NCBI RefSeq assembly: GCF_006345805.1
Contig: NC_042997.1
Location: 142,166,001-142,230,000, forward strand
Source: Octopus sinensis
Lineage: Eukaryota
Direction of reading: 5' to 3'
Length of the DNA stretch: 64,000 bases
Positions within the stretch are counted from its first letter, which is position 1. Each line of letters begins with the position of its first letter. This document shows positions 62,256 to 64,000 of this stretch, piece after piece. Position numbers and translations under genes: made by a program. The notes under the pieces were generated by a model. That model saw nothing but the letters and a program-made list of their open reading frames with translations, searched no databases and was not told the origin of the DNA.

Positions 62256-63692
62256 TGATTGCTGAATGAACATTTTTTGGAAATAACCTGTAGAGGTGAT
62301 TCGAAACCTAACTGCTAGATATTCAGTCAGATGTTACAAGTGAACCACCATAATTTCATCTGATTGGTCTATTAAGTGACCAGTCAGCATGAGGCTGTGA
62401 TATAATGGGATATAATTTTCTCGAATGTTCTAATCCCCAATAATAAAAAAAAAATGTTATGCACTTTTTAATCGCAGAGTGTTGCAGGTTGCTGAGTGAC
62501 CTGCGCCTCCATTCTTTGCCATGCAAATGGTTCAGAACATTTGTACAGCCATCTCCAGGTTCTCAGATAAACATGTTCTGAACATTTACACTATGACTCA
62601 TAAGTAACTTCTACAGATGTGGTGTAGTTTTTCTCTCTATCCCAGTCGGAATTATTAATTAATATTAAATAGCCTGCACCAAATATCTTTTATGTCTGAC
62701 AACAAATATTTCAGTTAAATGTTTGTGGGTTTTTATTCAGTGGGTTTTTATCCATGTAGCCAATGAAATATATCTTCATTTCGTTGCTACTCGAGTGACA
62801 AGCAACTGGGGACAAACCCTTTCTTAACATTTTTATCTTTTTAATTTTAACTTAACTTTTTATCTCTTTATCGTCTCCCCTTGCTATTTTTTTTTTGTAT
62901 TTTCTATCATTTCTGCTTTCTATTTATCCAGCTAGTTGCTTTTTGATTTTCTGTAACTTTTTCCATCACTTGGCCATTTCATCTCATCCTACTGTTTTTC
63001 ATGCTTATATATCTTCACATTTAAAGTTTATTCACCCTCTCCTCATTTTAATCTGTATATGAGAGAAACATATCTATCTTGACAATAGTCTAACATTATT
63101 TTTGTTGGAGTAATGTAGAATAAATACATTAATATAGTGTGTGCTTTCATTCGCTTAGCATATAATCTGTACTCTTCCTACTATTTAATACAATAGTATC
63201 TTTTTCTTCCTTTTTACCAGGAGCAGAACTAATTATTTATCATTAAATCTAAAGTATAATGTAAAAGTTCGAATCCAGTTTAAATTTAGCATTATTTATT
63301 GTACATTTGTAAATATTATTTTTCTTCCTTTCTCTTTGTCATATCTGTAAAACATAGCATAAATATCAGATTAACTTAGAGTTAAGTATTCTCTTCTACA
63401 TTTTATTTCCCTTTCATCTTTAAGCATACATTTAGATGCCAATATCTCATGTGTGCAGCTCATGGAAAAGATAGTTGAATTTGCATCAAAATTGTTCTGT
63501 ATAAAAAACATTAGCATATAGGAAAAATAATATGAAATGAAGGTGTATTCAGAAGATACCCTTCTTCCCGCAAGCTGGATGTGCAACATTTAAAAGCCTC
63601 TTATTAGGGAAGTTCATTCAAATTGGTAAAATTTTTTGTTTGATATGGATGAATCAACATCTGTTATTATATAGAAGTATTCTACTTCATAG

Positions 63693-63729
63693 CCAAGTCC
63701 TGTTATCGATCAACAGCCAAAAGCTCCTT
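63693..63729 (+). CDS. Candidate 37-nt internal exon (e.g. PSPVIDQQPKAP), product unknown
   Basis: Acceptor tattctacttcatag, consensus donor CTT|gtaagt, open in all three frames. Confidence 0.35.
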
Positions 63730-64000
63730 GTAAGTCAGAAATGGAGACAATCATCTTTGTACTTCGAATTCCCCCCTTGCACACTATGAAGTCTTATTTT
63801 TTCTTGTCATTAATTAAGTATATTGTAACATTTGCATATCATATCATCTTTCACTTCCTGTTCATTTAAATTTTGCTCAACACATCCAGCTTAGTCAACA
63901 AAGATTATCTGTGATAGCACTACTATTTCATTTAATTTTTCTGACAGTTATGTTTATGCATAAATTTGACTTGAATTCACTAATTTTCCTATTAATATAG

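Overview
AT-rich, repeat-saturated animal genomic DNA. The repeat families and microsatellite load look like a coleoid cephalopod, probably Octopus; this is an inference from recognition, with no search run. No protein-coding gene can be identified with confidence. Almost every ORF in the track is a microsatellite translation or an antisense reading of a repeat, and only a few short exon-like segments are offered, at low confidence. The window is a mosaic of tRNA-headed SINEs (at least 5 families, labelled A, B, D, H and J here), RTE-clade LINE debris with related 3'-tail repeats (C and I), TTAA-, TA- and 8-bp-TSD MITEs, non-autonomous Helitrons, fold-back elements, (TA)n/(TATG)n tracts up to ~1.7 kb, and a ~1.9 kb degenerate minisatellite. 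A CpG-rich zone at ~44.2-50.9 kb may be a promoter region. The most notable observation is a tRNA-headed SINE carrying a complete minimal type-I hammerhead ribozyme motif of the Penelope-associated kind, present as a head-to-head palindromic pair at 16.17-16.70 kb. Further variant, half or decayed hammerhead-like motifs lie in (TA)n-embedded or fold-back elements at 11.1, 22.56, 39.5 and 45.1 kb. A second notable observation is that the minisatellite unit resembles the tRNA-Gly D-arm/A-box. Repeat boundaries were read by eye (about +/-10-20 bp unless a TSD or TIR is quoted).
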